Part shown: positions 1-13,300 of the stretch, piece by piece
How positions within the stretch are numbered: the stretch's first letter is position 1
Layout of the letters: the number at the start of each line of letters is the position of its first letter
Source: Yuukianura sp. NJ FZ-2021
Taxonomy: Eukaryota
Direction of reading: 5' to 3'
DNA: 64,000 nucleotides
NCBI GenBank assembly: GCA_046563655.1
Contig: CM102289.1
Coordinates: 5,518,001-5,582,000, forward strand
Position numbers and translations under genes: made by a program
Notes under the pieces: generated by a model
What the model saw: only the letters and a program-made list of their open reading frames with translations
Databases searched by the model: none
What the model was told of the DNA's origin: nothing

Positions 1-1016
1 TTGCGATCTACTAAAGTGTGTTTATGAAATGTTATCTGAGGAAAATTCTGAAATGTAAGAAAAAATTGGAAAAACCTGATTAAATTTTTTGAGTTAAAGT
101 GGTTCTGTGATGGTTTTGACATGGTTTGGAGTCCATTGTGTGTGGACTAATTGACATGTGAGGTGCTAAAGGTACAAATGTTGTGATGGTCTAATAATGA
201 AGTACATTTTCAGTTCATCAGTCACTCAATCTTTGGTTTGTAACAATGGTTTTAAGGGCCTCCATCAGCTCCTGGGCAGAGATCTCTTAATTTACTCCTT
301 CTTTATCTCTTCTGATCAACCCACCACCCCAGGAGCCAACAAGTACCGTAAAACTTCTGTTAGCAGACATTAGGCCCTTAACCCCAAACCTCAACTTATC
401 TACAATAACAATACGCGATAAAATATTTTGGGATATGCGTGCCCGGGTTCGAGCAGAGCTTTTACTTGAAGCTTTACGGTACCGTGAAGTGCTTTTGGTC
501 AATTATTGTGATAAATCCAATCCGCCTTCTGCAGCCAACAATGGACTCAAGACACACGCTCCGACTTACGGCACTCACTTGAGCCTTAATTAATGCACCT
601 TTAATTAACACGGCATCAAAGCCACCTCAAGCCTAATTCAAAAGCTGTCAATCAAAGTGGCTCTTAACACCTCCATTAGGCAAGACACAAAACAGTTACT
701 CACTTTTTCCGTGACTAATTCACACTGATTTACATCTCTAAAGCCTCAATTAGAAAAAATTAATTGCAATTATTACACTTGAGAACAATGCTTGTTAATT
801 AAGTGCTTTCAAACGGTATTTGTGCAAAATATAAAAAATAACGTGATTAAATTTCAATTAACCATATTTAAAATTTCAAAATCAATTTACAAAATGTTGG
901 CTAAAAGTTTACTCTTGTCGATTTGAATAAAAATCAAGTTTGGTACAACCGCTTGAGTAAATTTTAGTTTTTTTAATGACATTTTTTTTAAATTCTGTTT
1001 AAACATATTTATTTAC

Positions 1017-1536
1017 CTGTTTCTGGTGAGTGAATATTTGCCTTGATTTTGCGTTTCAGAGGTCGGCTTCGTTCACTTTCACTTCCCGCCTGATGATGAA
1101 TAGACTTGAGATCATGACTTGGCTGACCCGAACCAAAATTTCCATAGCCGCTTAGGTGCCCAAACTGGGCAAGTCGCAAATTGGATGCTGATGATCCCGT
1201 TCCATTCAAATGCCCACTTTCACATGGGTGATGGTGGTGGTGGTTGTGCAAGTCGTAGAATCTGTTGTTGTGACCATAAATTCCAGTGCCGACGTGCGGT
1301 GCGTCATTGTTGTTGTTCTGGAGAAAGTGGTGGTGAAAGGCTTTTTCAGCACTGGCTGCTCTAATTCCCAGAATAGCGTCAATCGAGTGCAACTGCGACG
1401 CAGTATTTGTAGACGACGAATTGGACTGCGTCTGGGAAACGTTGCTGGAATTTGAATTTGGGCCGCTTTTAATCAACAAATGGCTTTTGAGATCTTCCGG
1501 CGTAACTCTACCCGATACGATACTGTCCACGGCCAT
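1017..1536 (-). CDS. Rx: First coding exon of a paired-class homeobox gene, most like retinal homeobox (Rx); the homeodomain exons lie left of the window
   Basis: The ORF MAVDSIV... contains the octapeptide/eh1 motif LHSIDAILG (Rx-type HSI[DE]AILG) plus S/N/H-rich tracts typical of a transcription factor N-terminus. It ends at a canonical donor ACAG|GTAAAT (intron starts at 1016). The homeodomain is not visible, so the orthology call rests on the octapeptide. Confidence 0.55.
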
Positions 1537-4500
1537 TTTCGAAAAAGTTTTTTTTAAAGACTTGAAATTTCCAAATCCTTATGCTCGGGGCAATAAGCTT
1601 AGTCTGTGTGACAGGAGTTTAATAAAATTCGGATTAACCCTTTCCAGGAGGAACTCTTACGAACTGAAGTGGTTGAGAGAGTGAATGGGCAACTTTTCTG
1701 GAGCGGTGAGTTTAAATCTCTAGTTTTTGTTGGGGAGAGTAAATGAGAAAGGGGAAAGGTTTTCGTTCGTGGGCTACTGGTTACTTGGAGCGACAAAAAA
1801 GTGGTGGAGGTAGTTGGGATCGAACGCTCAACGGCTTCTCGAGTGGTGGGATTTTCAAATCTGAAAGCGTCTCCTCCTTGAATACAGATGTAGCTTGGGA
1901 AGCATAAGGATTCACCACACTGTTGAACCGATTCCTTCGTTCCTACGTAAACTCCGACCACTTTCTGACTTGGACACTGGGAAAGGTGGAGTTTGGAGGG
2001 GACCAGACAACATTCGGAGAAGAACCAAACTGCGCGCGTCATTTCGAAAAAAACTGAACAAAAACGCATCTTCACCATCCCATTCTTTTTGGTTCAAATC
2101 TTATTACTCAAAGGCCACTAAACACTCTTTCAAACCTTCCCACTCTCCGCATTCTCCAGAAACCAAAAATGACTTTGAACAATAGACCACTCAACGCAAA
2201 AACAACTTTCTTCAGCATCTTTTTAATCCCATTTTGAAGCAACCAATGTTTTTCTTTTTAAATTTCAAACCTTGCGATAAAATTTTGAAAACTAAAATAT
2301 GAGATTTAATCACAGTAATTTCGTACATCCATCCCTAAAAATGGAAATTTTGTACTAATTTTTTATTGAAATCGGTAATGTTGATGACACTAACAATTAA
2401 AGAATTTTTTTTTGATGATTTCAAACAACTAATATTTTGACTAAACTTGTGAGATGAGCTGTAAATTTTAAGATGAAATTCCAATTATCCGAAACCCCGT
2501 TAGAGCAATCATCTTCCATTTGAGTCCTTCGTTAAGGGCCCGCATTCCAACTTTCAAATTTTCCGCAAAGCGTTTTCACATTTTCTTAAAATGTCATTAG
2601 TAAACATTCCACAAAATGGACAACGATTGAACCTAATATTTTTGAGGGAACGTTTAAAATATTTTAAACAGTTTGGGGTCAAATTCTTAAGGGTCATTAG
2701 AGTTTTGCCTTGGAGTTCCGGGGTCATCCTTGACTCTATTAGATTATTCAGAATCTTCGCTCTTCATCTTGATCTTTTCATCCTTGGCTACTTTAACTTA
2801 ACCTAAACTAGCCTAAACTCATCATCATACCAAACAGATTTCATCTTCAAAAACAAAGGAATTAGAACAACAAAATGCCCAAAAGTTTACAAGGAAAGAC
2901 TTTTCCTAGATTAAGTTAGGTTGTTAGGGTTTACCCAGATTAGGTTAGGTTAAGAATTTCTACAAAGAAGCGAAAATTGTTTATAAAACTAAAGAATTTC
3001 CAAAGACATAACCAAAAATAATATTATTAGTATCCTCTTAGATTTTTTGTAGATCATGCTAGATAAAAATGATGAGCGATTTGAGATGACTCAAGAGTTT
3101 AAGTGAGTTAAAATTAAATTAGATTTCCCAAGAAAAAATAGAATCTGAATCACTTCCATTATGACTGTTCACCAAGTCAGAGAATGATTTGGTTTATTTT
3201 AACAGAAAAAATGAGATCTAAAAATTGTCAATTTTCAATCAAAATCAAAGGACAAAACAAAATTACCCCGCCCCCACTTCCCTCTCTTCTGTCAACTTTC
3301 CCCTCGTGTCCTTTGATTCTTTGGTAAATCACATTGTTAATGCCCTCGTTGGTGGTAAGAACAAAAACAATTTTTGGTAATAAAATTTATGTTTCAAAAG
3401 GTTCTGTTTTAATACAATTTTTAACAAAGAAGCTTTAAAAAGTGGCACGCCCTTTGCAGAACAAGATGACATCTGTCAGATTTCCGTCCAAAATCAAATC
3501 TCCTCTCCTCTCCACCTTTAACAATTTTTAAACTCGATTTAAATCCGTTTTAGCTATGCGTCCTATGGCCTTGTTTGTTCAAAATTCAAATCTTTACATT
3601 TGGTTTTATTTTTTAAAATTTACCGCCTAAAGCTTGTTCCTATTTTTTAAACGCAAATTCAAAAAAAGTCAAGTGAGAAGGGAAAACGGCTAGCACCAAA
3701 TGTCACTTCGTGCTCAATTTTCACTTGCTGCCAAATATGTCCCATTTTTTTTCCTGTTAAAACTTTTTCAAACTTGAAATGAAAAAAAAAGGTGACAAAA
3801 ATTCGAAAAAAGAAAAACTTCTAAATAGTAATTATATACTTACCGCATTTTTGATGTAAGTTATGGCGAGGTCAACATGATGCATAAAGGCTCATTTAAT
3901 CTAGTTTTCTCATCAATTTCACAAAATTTGTTGTATTTTTTTAAAAAAAGACAGTAAGTTCATTTAACTTTTTGTACGGAATCAATTAAGGGAGTCAAAC
4001 TTCTTTTTTTTTGAAAGCAGATTAGTTCAGTGGATTTCTTGTTTTGAACGACCGTTTCTTTTCTCTGAATTCATTTAGTACAAAAAAAATTTGTTAAGCC
4101 TGGTTCGTACTGTACGTGTAGGGGTGAGTCAACTTTCTCGGACAGTTCCTTAATGATTAGTTTTCTTTTGAAGAAAGCTTTCTCGCAATACTCTTAAAAG
4201 TTTTCGGTTCTAACTCGACAGTCTACTACTTTCTCAGGGCTGCTATACAACATTTCTCTCATTATTCATTCCAATAGGGTCCTTTAGCTACAGAGTTTTA
4301 CCAAAAGCACCATTTTGGCAACAGTGAATTACTCAACAAAAATTTTCATCCACGCTTTACATTTTTTTTTGGCCTACTGAAATTTTTCAAAATCTTGAAA
4401 TAAAATTCAAAGGTAATGTTGACCAAGTTGATGTAGATCAAGTTCTGGTGTATAAAATTTGTTTCACATGTAGTTACTGAACGTGAACTCAGAAAGTGAC

Positions 4501-7500
4501 AGTTGAGCTGCTCAACCCTTCTCCCCCTTTCTCTCAAGAGTCATCAAACATAATAAACATTTCACTTTCACTTTCACATTGTTTTCGGCTCAAAGCATTT
4601 CCCTTATGCCTTTTCCAAATTCAAACTTCCCCCTCTGCTTTACAACGCTCAAACAGGCGGCAAATGGTTCAAATCCTCTCCTCCCGCTAAATTTGATTTC
4701 AACTCATCTTTCAGTGTAAGATCAGCTTTAGACAATTAATTATTGAAAAGATCCGTTTACAAAATGTTAAAATCCAAAACTGTGCACTTTCTCCTAAAGA
4801 GAAAGAAATTTCATAATTTTAACACACTAAAGTACAGATATCCAACAATTTCATTTTCATACAACAGGAATTTTCATTTTATTCTTTTTTTTTGGAGAAA
4901 GTTTTAATTTAAAATTGAATGCCTGGATTTATTTGTTGATTTAGGTAAGGAGCTAACATGTTAATCCTATTTGAGCTCATCATGGAAAGCAGCTTGAGCT
5001 AGACAGGGAACAGAGATATTTCACTTGATGGAGAACAAGACATGTTCAATCCGATTAGGCCAATTTAAGAAAGTACTACAGAACAAACGGATTACACATT
5101 TTAAAAAATCCACCTCCACCCCTTTCCCTCTTCCACAAAAACTTTTATTTTCTGTGTACCAAATTGATATTTTTTATAATTTTCAAAATTTGTGATCTTC
5201 AATCCTGTCTCTTGTCATGGAATTAAGGAGATTCCAGAGGATTTCATTTTGTTCAATTTTTTCTTACTCAAATTTTCAAAAACCTGTCAAACCAGCTCCG
5301 AAAGTTGATCTTGTTGTCTCCAATTCCTAAAATGTCATTTTCAAGACTAAAGACATGTGTAGAACATGGGGGTTGATTGCATTTATAACATTTAAGAGAA
5401 CATACAAATCAAAATCTTATTTGCCGCAAATCCAATCATTCACTTTTTCATATCAAAATGTCTAGTTTTTAGTCCAAATTAAAATTTTACAATTTGCTAA
5501 AATAAAATTTGTGGTTAAAAGTTATGCAGATTAATTGAACACGCAGTTTTTTTCCTTCGTGAGACAAATAGAAAAATATTTAGCACTTCGCTTTTCAATT
5601 CCGCTCGACTTAAAAAACCTAAATTGTTTAAGAAATTTGAAAGATGACGGCTGTAAGAAATACTTTTGCGTAGTTTGAAATTGAAAAGGCAGCGTGATAT
5701 TTTGAAAAAAAAAAATGGGAATCGGACATGAAAAATTCTTTGTTCCATTAAGTAAACAGATTTTGGAGAGAGTCAAGTACTTTGAGCTGTGAATTTGGAA
5801 TGAACTTTGTTCCAAATGAAATTGAATGGGAAAAGGGAAGAGATGAGGCAGATGCTCTTCCCAAAGGTTCAAATCAAATTAAACCAAGTGAGAATTTTCG
5901 CGCCAAGTCCAATAACCCTTTCACACTTCATTTTCACACTTCATTCAACCAGAATAAGCACAAATTAAACCGTTAACCATCATCCACTACACAAATTACA
6001 AAAAAGGAGAAATTACAATATAAAAATGAGCAGTTAGCACTTCCTTAAATGCAGCAGTAAACCATCCAAGCCACTGCATAAAATTCAAATTGAGTTTTTA
6101 AGTTCTCCCGCGAATGCTTAGCCACATTTAACATGTCCATAATTGTCAATCCTGTTTACGTTTCTAACTTTGTTACAGTTTAACTCAATTAACTCTGCTT
6201 AAATTACAATAAGAATAGTTTTGTTTAGTCTAATCAGAGTGTGTTGTCAACTGTTGAACTTTACTTTCTTAAAAAGTTCATTCAACTTTGGCAAATAGTT
6301 GAATTGTTAAATTAAAATTTCAAATCCAAAGTTCATAGTAGCCAAAAACCAAAGTCAATAAAAATTTAGAAAAAAAAAACTTCTTTTTAAAAAAAGCTGA
6401 GTTTTTTTTTCTACCTTCCGGCTCAGCTCACAAACCGGATGGTATCATTTCATAGCAAATGATACAAGAGGCAACAATTACAAAAATGGCGAAGGCGGCA
6501 ACCGGGTGACATTTTGAAAAGCTTGTAACAATTTCAACCTTGTTTGTCGGTGGTTTTCAAAAACCTTTTTCAAAAACGTTGAACAATTGAAAACGGCGGA
6601 CGGATTTGTAACCTTTGCATCTCCACAGAGGGGTTTCACCCTTAAAGTTTTTGTATAAACTTTCTTCTTTGTGCTTTAAAACCACATCCTATCATATCAA
6701 AATGCAAATCCCACTTGAAAGTTACAATAGACTCAATTCCAAATTTTTTTTTCTAAAAGTTTTTCTAAAATTCTAGTTTTAGCTCGTCTACAAGAGGTGG
6801 AACTGACACTTCCAAGGTCTGTAATCAACTCAATTTGTTACACTAAATCCTTTCCTCTTCCAAACAATTCCTGCATTTGAAACGAGAACAAAAGAAAACA
6901 GATTTTAGTTGAATAAACTTTGAAGGGAAACTACTGGATTATGACGCTAGGGCTGGAGCTGTAGGGGTATAATTTTCAGGTGGTACCCTTCAAGTACCCA
7001 GCTTTTACAATTGGTAAATATGGTACCCTTTGACATAATGGTACCCTTTACTACACTTAATCTCTAAGTTTACAAAGTTTTGTTCCCAGTGACAGACAAT
7101 ACACAACAAGGGTGATAATGAACCATTATGGTTTGTACACAGATTTGTATTTGGGAAACAGTAACTCATAAGCATCTTTCTGCTTGCATCTTCCACGATC
7201 CACGCAGTAATACTTTAAGGATATTTTTAGAACACGGTAATAGCTAACATAACTTTCGTAAAACTTTTCTTTTTGTAAGGCAGTCGAATTATTTTATTAC
7301 TCGAAAAACAGAAAACAGTAGAACTGCTAATCCCGCTTTCATTTCCTTCTTATGCAATAATAACATGCTGATTGTTAGATAATTTTTGTAGTTTAGTTGG
7401 CATTAGAAGGATACAAATGAGGTTTTCGAACGGAACCGAGAAGTAAGATTTCATTTTTCGTTTGACCCTAAGTGACCTCCTGACAAGGTCAGACGTACAT

Positions 7501-8574
7501 TCATATCATATTTTTTTTCAACTAGGAAACAGGACTGACGAAACTTACACATTTCTTGGCAAGAAGTTTATTGACGTGTGGTTTCGTTAAGTTACAGAAT
7601 GTTTGTAGATTGAGAATGTTGAAGTGGATGAGAAGTCGTGGTTCAGATGTAAAACGTTTCCGGAAAACGGAAATTTATTTTTCTTCTCGTGGTAGAACTA
7701 CAATCTTTCTCTGTTCCGGATGCATCTACAAAAATTTTCTAATTATTTCCGAAATTGACTTAGAAATCGTTTGATGATTTTTCAAATTGGCTACTTGTTT
7801 GCAAACCAATTGTTAAGTTTTGGTAAACTGTAGGAAATGAAAAAAACTGTAAACCTAAACAAGTGAAAGTATGTATAGAATGCAAAAAAGAAAAAAAAAT
7901 CGTAAAATCCAAGAGGGATGTGTGGAGCAATAAGTTGCAAAACATGGTTGTTTTGCCAGTCAGCGTAATTCTGGAAACTAAATACTACTAGAGGGAATAG
8001 CATACGCGAGTTAGTTAATTGAATTAGACAAATTCAATTAAATCTGGAGACTATGTGTGATGTGTGAATCAGGAGAGTAAGGAACGTAACTATTAATAAG
8101 TTACTACGAAAAGTAAGTGGGAGAAAGCGACTGAAGTGAACTCTACTGACAATTTCTACAAATTCTTTTCACAAAGAGAAAGTTATTGATTTCTCTACCC
8201 ACTTTCAATTCCAGGGAGAGTATGCTTTTACAAACAACACAACCTGCAAATTAAAGACATCTGATCATCCAGCTCTAAAACCCATTAAAAATATTCAAAA
8301 AAATTAATAATCATCAAACCTGTAATAAAAGTAGCAAACGCCGGTAACTTGTTTTTCATGTACAAAGCACTACTCGTAAAATTCGGTTTAATTCAGACAC
8401 AAGCAATATCGATTTGACACAATTTTCAAGGTAAGTCATCTAACATTAATTTTCAAGAAATCCAGTTAGCGGATGACGTCCATCATTAGTCAGCTTATTC
8501 GGATTCACTTGGCGCTTAATTTGAATTCTAAAATTTTAAAAATTTTAAATTAACCGCCGGAGTAGAGTACATTT

Positions 8575-9546
8575 GTATGGAGGGAGTATGGTGGCAAAAT
8601 TATTTTAAAGTTTCGCGCGTTAAAACATGTTCCGCCAATTAAAAACTAACGTTTTCGCGTATTACTTTAATGCGCGAAAACTTTTTTTAATTGCAGTAAT
8701 TTTAAATTGCAGAAAAATTTTAAACGGGAAAAAGTCTAAGCGTACGTTAACGGAACGTACGCTTAGGAAACGTACGCTTAGGGAACGTACGCTTAGAAAA
8801 CTTACGCTTAGAATGCATGTCCAATAGAAATCACATTACCAGAACTGATCAGAATTAGTATTCTGTAAATTATTATTTATTGTCTATTATTATTTATTAT
8901 CTATTGTAAACTATAAAACACTTCATTTCTCATATGCTTTGTAAGGTTTTCAAAAATGTGTAGCCCCATACAGTGTTGCTGGATATCCAGTTTTTTGACA
9001 TTGCGTCCACGGCTGGATATCCACAGGAAGAAATGGACGAATCCAGATGGGTGGAGCTTTGCCCGCGGGGTTTGAAATACTTCAATCCAAAAAACTCAAG
9101 GAATTCAAAATACCGTACAAAAACCAAGGAAATGTCGTTTTTGTAAGAGTTTTAAATAAATGCTTAATTTTAGCAATAAAAGAAACCCTTTTAAAATAAA
9201 ATAAAAGAAAAAGATCCAATAACAATAAATAATAATTTACAGAATACTAATTCTGATCAGTTCTGGTAATGTGACTTCTATTGGACATGCATTCTAAGCG
9301 TAAGTTTTCTAAGCGTACGTTCCCTAAGCGTACGTTTCCTAAGCGTACGTTTCCTAAGCGTACGTTCCGTTAACGTACGCTTAGACTTTTTCGCGCTTTA
9401 AAATTTTTCTGCAATTTAAAATTACTGCAATTAAAAAAAGTTTTCGCGCATTAAAGTAATACGCGAAAACGTTAGTTTTTAATTGGCGGAACATGTTTTA
9501 ACGCGCGAAACTTTAAAATAATTTTGCCACCATACTCCCTCCATAC
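8575..9546. mobile_element. Non-autonomous foldback/MITE-type DNA transposon with ~310-325 bp terminal inverted repeats
   Basis: Left arm 8575-8883 (GTATGGAGGGAGTATGGTGGCAAAAT...) is the near-perfect reverse complement of right arm 9222-9546. The ~340-bp spacer has no recognisable transposase. A direct repeat flanks the element: ATTT (8571-8574, 9547-9550), or CATTTG if the ends are taken 1 bp further in. Confidence 0.9.
8735..8812. repeat. 15-bp tandem repeat (GRAACGTACGCTTAG) inside the left TIR: 4 copies plus one inverted copy
   Basis: Read directly from the sequence. The right TIR carries 5 copies of the reverse complement CTAAGCGTACGTTYC at about 9294-9384. Confidence 0.85.
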
Positions 9547-10357
9547 ATTTGAACAGATGGGAAGGTTCCTATTTACATATCTTTATCACATTCTTCAATT
9601 TGCCAAATTTTTGTCAAATCCGCGTATTCACAGGAAAAGTCCTACCCCAAAAGAGAGGGCTTTTTCTTTATCCTCCGTCTTTTAGGTTGGAGTAAGGTTG
9701 AACCGGCGAGATTGTTCACTAGCAGTGTAGTCGCGCCGCGATCGCAATGAGTGCCAACTTATGTTGCCCCTTTTTGATTATGGTTAACCCTAAACTAAAG
9801 GGGCAACATAGGCTGAGTTTAGTTGCCATTTTAGCGCAGCCCCATTGCAGGCATGAGGGATGGCTGTAGTGGCTAAACCGTAAAGAGTTTACGTTTGTTA
9901 ATTTTTACTGCGACCGTAGTTTTTTCCTCTAATTACTATTCCCTTATACCGAGCGAGCGTATATTAGAGTTCCAGTTCACCTGTCACTGTCACATTTGAC
10001 TTCTCCTGGAAGTTCAGCTCCAGGAATAGTAGACTTTTAGACACCGCTGGGGCACGGCACAAGTCTACAAAAGGAGAACAATGACGGTGGAATTTTGATC
10101 AAGGGAGGGACATAACATAATGTGTTTGTTGTGCTCCTGTTCAGCTAGGACTTGATTTTGCAGGAAATCTTGGGTGGGTGGACGTGAACTGTCAGAAATA
10201 TTTGATGTCCGAACATTGTTTTGGTTTGTTACGTTGTCATTTTTTACCCGTTACCTATTGTTTCTAGGTAATACTTTTGATCTTTCGTAAGCTTTATATC
10301 CGTTTTTGTAATATTTATCTCGTTTTACAGGTAGGTAGCAGTATTTTATTCGAAGAA

Positions 10358-13300
10358 ATGGAGGCCAAGGATCCGGAGATTATTGTTTCCCTAGAAGATA
10401 GTGTCAAGAGGGCCAATCAGGAAAACTTCCTTAGAGGTACTAGTGCCAGTCACTCAATGTCTATCGGTCAACAGCATAGTAGTGGTCGAGGGGATGGAAG
10501 TTACCAGCGAAAGCCGCATTACAACAACTATAACTATCAACGAAATGGACGTCAAGGGAACAATCAGCACGGCTACAACAATGGCTACAACAATCATCCC
10601 TACAACAACGGCTACAATAATGGGAATAATCATCACCACCACCAGCAGCATAATAGTTATGGTGGTGGCGGGAGAAATTATGGCAACAACAAGTAAGACC
10701 CACGTTTATGTGTCAAATGAGGTTAGTATGACGACCTATTTGGTTCCCTTACGAAAGTATTAACGAAGCTGATATCGCCTGATACAAGACATAACGCCCG
10801 TTGTCCTTGACAGCACCGCATATTTCATTTTCAGTTGCTTTTTTTAAATCGTCTAAATTGTTGTCTTATCATCTCTTTGTGTTCAGATATTGTGTTGATG
10901 TACACTTATCGTCTAACAAGGTCGTTTAAACCTTGTCGTTTGCTAAGAACCTGAGTTGAGCTTAATACCCGACTCGCTTACGTTATCGTTGTTGTGTCTT
11001 GTCAATGTTATTTTTGTTTTAATCCTTTTTTGCTTCCTTTCCGATTTCGGCCATGTAGACGAAACTACTACCAAAATGACCATTACGCGTCCCAACAGAA
11101 TAATTATCAGCATGCTCCACACAACAATCATCACCAGTTCCGACAACACAACCAGTACAACAACTACCACCACCGCAACAATCATTACCACCAGCAGAAT
11201 CCCAACCATTACAACAATCGTCACTCTCAACCTCAGTACTCACACAGGGATCGTGAAGGAATCAATCAGCTGGAATCTGCGGCTGGAGCTGTTCTTGTAA
11301 ATACTGACGATATCTCTCCCTCTTCTTCCATTACACATTTATCATTGTCGAGGCCAAGTTCAGCAGTATCTACAGGCAGTGACAAGCTCACCGACACCAT
11401 GTCATCTGCTTCCACTTCGTCAGTTGAAGACGCCCAAGGGATTAGTCTCACCACAACACTAACAAGCGATGAAGATGGAAACAAAAGTGGAACTGCTTCA
11501 CCTTCTCCAGTTTCCACGGTCACCTTGGTTCTTGGTTCTCTTCCACTCGATGATGTCGCTGCTACTCCATTATTGAATGCAGAGTTGAAGGAAGAACCAA
11601 AAGCGAAGAATGGAATGTCGTCTCGGTCTTTTCTCAGTCTGCCCCGCGAACCCAATTCCGCAAGTAACGGAGGGACTTCATCTGATTCCCCACGAGAACA
11701 GCGTTTTCAAAACAACACTTTTGACCAGCCACATTACTACACTTATCCTCCAAATGGTCACAGTCATCCTCAGTTTAACACGCATAGAGATGGGCCTCAA
11801 ACAGCCACGTTTGATCCTCCTCGCTTTTTCAATACCCACCACCACAATCATCATCGCCGACCGGCTGAGCCACCATTTGAACTGATCTCGCCTCTCAACG
11901 GACTTCCATATTTCTTCCCCGGCTCGGCTCTTGATCCACTGCTACCTGGGCGACCATTCTTCAATCCTGGTTTCATGTATCCTGAGTTACAATTTGGCGA
12001 GCCTGGAAAACATATTATGGGTGACACTCGACGAGGACCTGGTTTGATTCCAACTCCAACTTGGAGTTGTTATGAATCGGATGTTGTAGAAGAAAATTGT
12101 CTACCGCTGCTTCCCTTTCCGGATCCTGGAAGTCCAGGGGGTCCAGGTAGCCATATCAGTGACGCAAGCTCTGGAGCGTATAAGAAAAGGTACGAAGATT
12201 TAGAGCTCATCTTTAATTCATCTTTAAATACTAATTCAAGTCAAATGGCGGAGTTTTGGAGCCACTTTTTTCAGCCAATCGATGGAGTTTTACATTTGGT
12301 CTTCTAACTTTGACACTCACACATTCCTGATCAACCCTTATTTCAAATTACTATCACTATGGTATCTGCAACCATTTTGCTTTCGCTTTGTTAACGTTGT
12401 GTTTGTCGCAGTTTTTGCTAAAAAAAAACTTTCCGGATGGGAGCTTGACATATCATTGCATTGAATCTGAATCACTATTTCTGTAATTAAATTTTTAGCG
12501 GAGTGGAGTTATTTGCAGACATTTAGTACTCCACTTTCATTCGAGTCCTAACTGTCTGCTGTGTTATTAGGATGTCTAATGGCCCGTTTGCTAATCGAAT
12601 CTCACCCAGTCCACAACACGCATTATATCGTCGAGGATGGGACAGTGGAAGGCAGTTTCATTTTGATAGTCGGGGCAACTGGAGTCAAACGGCGGGACTG
12701 GACGAATTGTGGGAAAGGTTTCACTATGTGGACGAATCTGAGAAACCGGAAGACTTGGCACCTCCAGGTCATGAGTATGAACAGGTCAGGACCTAACCTA
12801 AGCTTTACATACGTTTACTTTAAAAAATGAAAGCTAAATGGGTTTTCTTGTTTAGTTGTCGGAACAAGTATGGACGAAATTTCAGAATAACCAGCAGACC
12901 CTGGAGACATTTACCAGAAAGTGGGAACTCTGGAGAGACTTATCGGAATGCGTGCGAGTAAGTCTTCTCCTCAATTGATTTGTGGAGAAATTCAGCGAGA
13001 GAAGTAGAAGAACGTTTTATTTTCGTTTGCAGAAATACAATCCAGCATTTCACTTGGAACTGGTAGGGTCCACTATATCTGGCTTTGGCAGCAACAGTTC
13101 CGATGTTGATATGTGTCTCATCGTAAACCACCGAAATGACGTTAGTCCGCGAGCTGAAGCCATTGATCTGTTGGAGGGCCTGTGCCCTCTCTTCGAAACG
13201 ATCCCAAACTTAAAACGGAAAGACTTAATCCTGGCCAAAGTCCCCATTCTCAAACTGCGTGAAAACGTCCATGGAATTGACCTCGATATCAACGTTAACA

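Noticed and set aside
1599..2185. ORFs upstream of the Rx-like exon
   Set aside because: No recognisable domain. Most likely 5' UTR or promoter sequence.
8884..9221. MITE spacer as a transposase or captured gene fragment
   Set aside because: The short open frames on both strands match no family I recognise.
8735..9384. 15-bp repeats as a CRISPR-like array
   Set aside because: They are head-to-tail with no unique spacers, lie inside transposon TIRs, and the context is eukaryotic.
12190..12307. Read-through of Gld2 exon 2 to the stop at 12307 as a separate 437-aa gene
   Set aside because: A phase-compatible donor at 12190 and acceptor at 12570 join it to the catalytic exons, and the ORF start at 10994 is intronic.
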